From: an uncultured Clostridia bacterium
Lineage (GTDB): Bacteria > Bacillota > Clostridia > Christensenellales > Borkfalkiaceae
Reading direction: 5' to 3'
DNA: 64,000 bases
Assembly: GCA_947630325.1 (NCBI GenBank)
Contig: CANRHB010000001.1
Span: 93,579 to 157,578, forward strand
Shown: positions 62,511 through 64,000 of the stretch, piece by piece
Layout of the letters: each line of letters begins with the position of its first letter
Position numbering within the stretch: position 1 is the stretch's first letter
Position numbers and translations under genes: made by a program
Notes under the pieces: model-generated
The model's input: only the letters and a program-made list of their open reading frames with translations
Database searches by the model: none
What the model was told of the DNA's origin: nothing

Positions 62511-63767
62511 CTACATTCTGATGCGCTTGATCTTTGCGCCGAGCCCCGTCAATTTTTCCTGTAACGCCGCATAGCCGCGGTCGATGTGCGAGAGGTCGAG
62601 CACTTCGCTCCCGCCCTCCGCGCCGAGGGCCGCCAAAACGAGAGCCGCGCCCCCGCGCAGATCCCCCGCGGTCAGGGACGCCCCGTGGAGCCGCCTTACT
62701 CCCCGCACAAAGGCGAGCCTCCCCTTCACTTCGATGTCCGCCCCCATCTTCTTGAGCTCGGGCACATATTTATAGCGGGTCTCGAAGAGGTTCTCCTCGA
62801 TGACCGCTCCCCCCTCCGCGCCGCTGTTGAGGGCGGTGGCCTGCGCCTGCAGGTCGGTGGGAAAGCCGGGGAAGGGCATCGTCTCGATACGGCGGTTGCA
62901 TTTGAGCCTGCCGTTGCTCTCTATCCTTATTTTATCATTTTTCGCATGGATTTTGCAACCGTTTTCACGCAATTTATGTAAAAGCAAACGAATATTCTCG
63001 GGCGCGACCCCCGTCACCTCGATCTCCCCGCCGCAGATGGCGCACGCCATGAGGTAGGTGCCCGCCTCGATACGGTCTTTTATGGGGCGGAAGGTGACCC
63101 CGCCGAGGGACTTTACCCCCTCGATCTCGACGGTATCCGTGCCCGCGCCCCGCACCTTTGCCCCCATCGCGTTGAGGAAATTTTGCAGATCGACGATCTC
63201 GGGCTCCTTCGCGGCCCCCTGCACCACCGTTCTTCCTTCCGCCTTGACGGCGGCAAGCAGAATGTTCTCCGTCGCGCCGACGCTGGGAAAGTCGAGGGCG
63301 ATCTCCGCGCCGCGCAAACTATCGCACTTGCAGAAGATGAACCCCTCCCGCTCCTCGATCTTCACCCCGAGCCGTTTGAGCGCGGAAAGGTGCAGGTCGA
63401 TGGGACGGAGCCCGATGTCGCACCCGCCGGGATAGGCGATGACGGCGCGGCCGAAGCGGGTAAGGAGAGACCCGAGCATGAACACCGACGAGCGGAGTTC
63501 CTTGGTCAGCGCGGAGGAGAGTTCGTGGGAGCAGGCGTTGGAGCTGTCTATCACAACGTCGTCGCCGCGGAACTCCGCCCTTGCTCCGAGTTCGCGCAAA
63601 ATTTGCATCATGCAGAGGGCGTCCGTGATGGGCGGCACCTCCTCGATCGTCACTTGTTTCTCGGTTAAAACAGACGCGGCGAGGAGGGGCAGCACGGAAT
63701 TTTTCGCCGACTGCGCCTTTACCGTGCCGCTGAGGGTCCTCCCCCCGTCTATTAAAAATTTATCCAT
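62511..63767 (-). CDS. murA: UDP-N-acetylglucosamine 1-carboxyvinyltransferase
   Basis: 418 aa; MDKFLIDGGRTLSGTVKAQSAKNSVLPLLAA; active-site loop GGCDIGLRPID. Confidence 0.95.
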   Translation of the reverse strand: MDKFLIDGGRTLSGTVKAQSAKNSVLPLLAASVLTEKQVTIEEVPPITDALCMMQILRELGARAEFRGDDVVIDSSNACSHELSSALTKELRSSVFMLGSLLTRFGRAVIAYPGGCDIGLRPIDLHLSALKRLGVKIEEREGFIFCKCDSLRGAEIALDFPSVGATENILLAAVKAEGRTVVQGAAKEPEIVDLQNFLNAMGAKVRGAGTDTVEIEGVKSLGGVTFRPIKDRIEAGTYLMACAICGGEIEVTGVAPENIRLLLHKLRENGCKIHAKNDKIRIESNGRLKCNRRIETMPFPGFPTDLQAQATALNSGAEGGAVIEENLFETRYKYVPELKKMGADIEVKGRLAFVRGVRRLHGASLTAGDLRGGAALVLAALGAEGGSEVLDLSHIDRGYAALQEKLTGLGAKIKRIRM

Positions 63768-63834
63768 AAATACTCCTTGCGCAACGGAGTATCACCCCAT
63801 AAAAGCCCTTAAACGGGCTTTTGCGCATTTTTTC

Positions 63835-64000
63835 TCATTGCATCTTATGAATTTTCCCCCTTGCGTTGTGTCTTGAAATGCCGTACAGCACCCCCATCGC
63901 CGCCATGGTGACGACGAGCGAGGTGTTTCCCGCGCTTACGAGCGGGAGCGGGAGCCCCGTGGGCGGGATACAGCCGCTTACGACGAGGGCGTTGAGCGCC
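63835..64000 (-). CDS. FtsW/RodA/SpoVE (SEDS) family protein, C-terminal fragment (5' end outside window)
   Basis: PTGLPLPLVSAGNTS motif in the frame ending at stop 63835-63837. Confidence 0.75.
   Translation of the reverse strand, partial: ALNALVVSGCIPPTGLPLPLVSAGNTSLVVTMAAMGVLYGISRHNARGKIHKMQ

Overview
This 64-kb window reads as core chromosome of a GC-rich, spore-forming Firmicute. The gene content is Clostridia-type: spoIIM-like, ytfI/ytfJ, two DD-carboxypeptidases, an ispH-S1 fusion and glgD. I call 58 protein-coding genes and one tRNA (Trp-CCA). I see no rRNA, CRISPR array, IS/transposase or intact prophage.

Recognisable blocks:
- lysA and scpAB
- the lexA / xer-hflX region
- a complete glycogen operon, glgB-glgC-glgD-glgA-glgP-GH13 (minus strand, 25875 down to 15758)
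- murC, csp and htpG
- ispH-rpsA / plsC / cmk
- a Na+-translocating biotin decarboxylase operon with both a 12S-type and a 5S-type carboxyltransferase
- rnhA, and purB / ppiB / dCMP deaminase
- groES-groEL and a MATE efflux gene
- part of the dcw cluster (ftsW-murA-divIB-[inserted gene]-ftsA-ftsZ)

The unusual part is the non-coding and accessory fraction:
1. Seven intergenic clusters (about 2.7 kb by my boundaries) are built from a mosaic of at least five GC-rich palindromic module types. Two of them sit inside the groES-groEL and decarboxylase operons.
2. A second, AT-rich palindrome family (TACTATG-N5-CATAGTA) occurs at least seven times, including inside CDSs.
3. A 1.26-kb gene-free tract next to tRNA-Trp contains a 19-bp copy of the tRNA 3' end and a duplicated ~101-bp segment, which looks like an att-like scar.
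4. An orphan phage-tail-fibre-like gene plus a small ORF lies between purB and tRNA-Trp.
5. A SAM-methyltransferase-STAS fusion gene is inserted as a terminator-bounded unit into the dcw cluster. Its only good RBS/ATG is followed by a G9 tract that leaves it out of frame (phase variation or a homopolymer error). The gene also carries a perfect 21-bp in-frame tandem duplication.
6. Three consensus promoters abut start codons and are candidate leaderless mRNAs.

All functional calls rest on motif recognition by eye. No database search or folding program was available.
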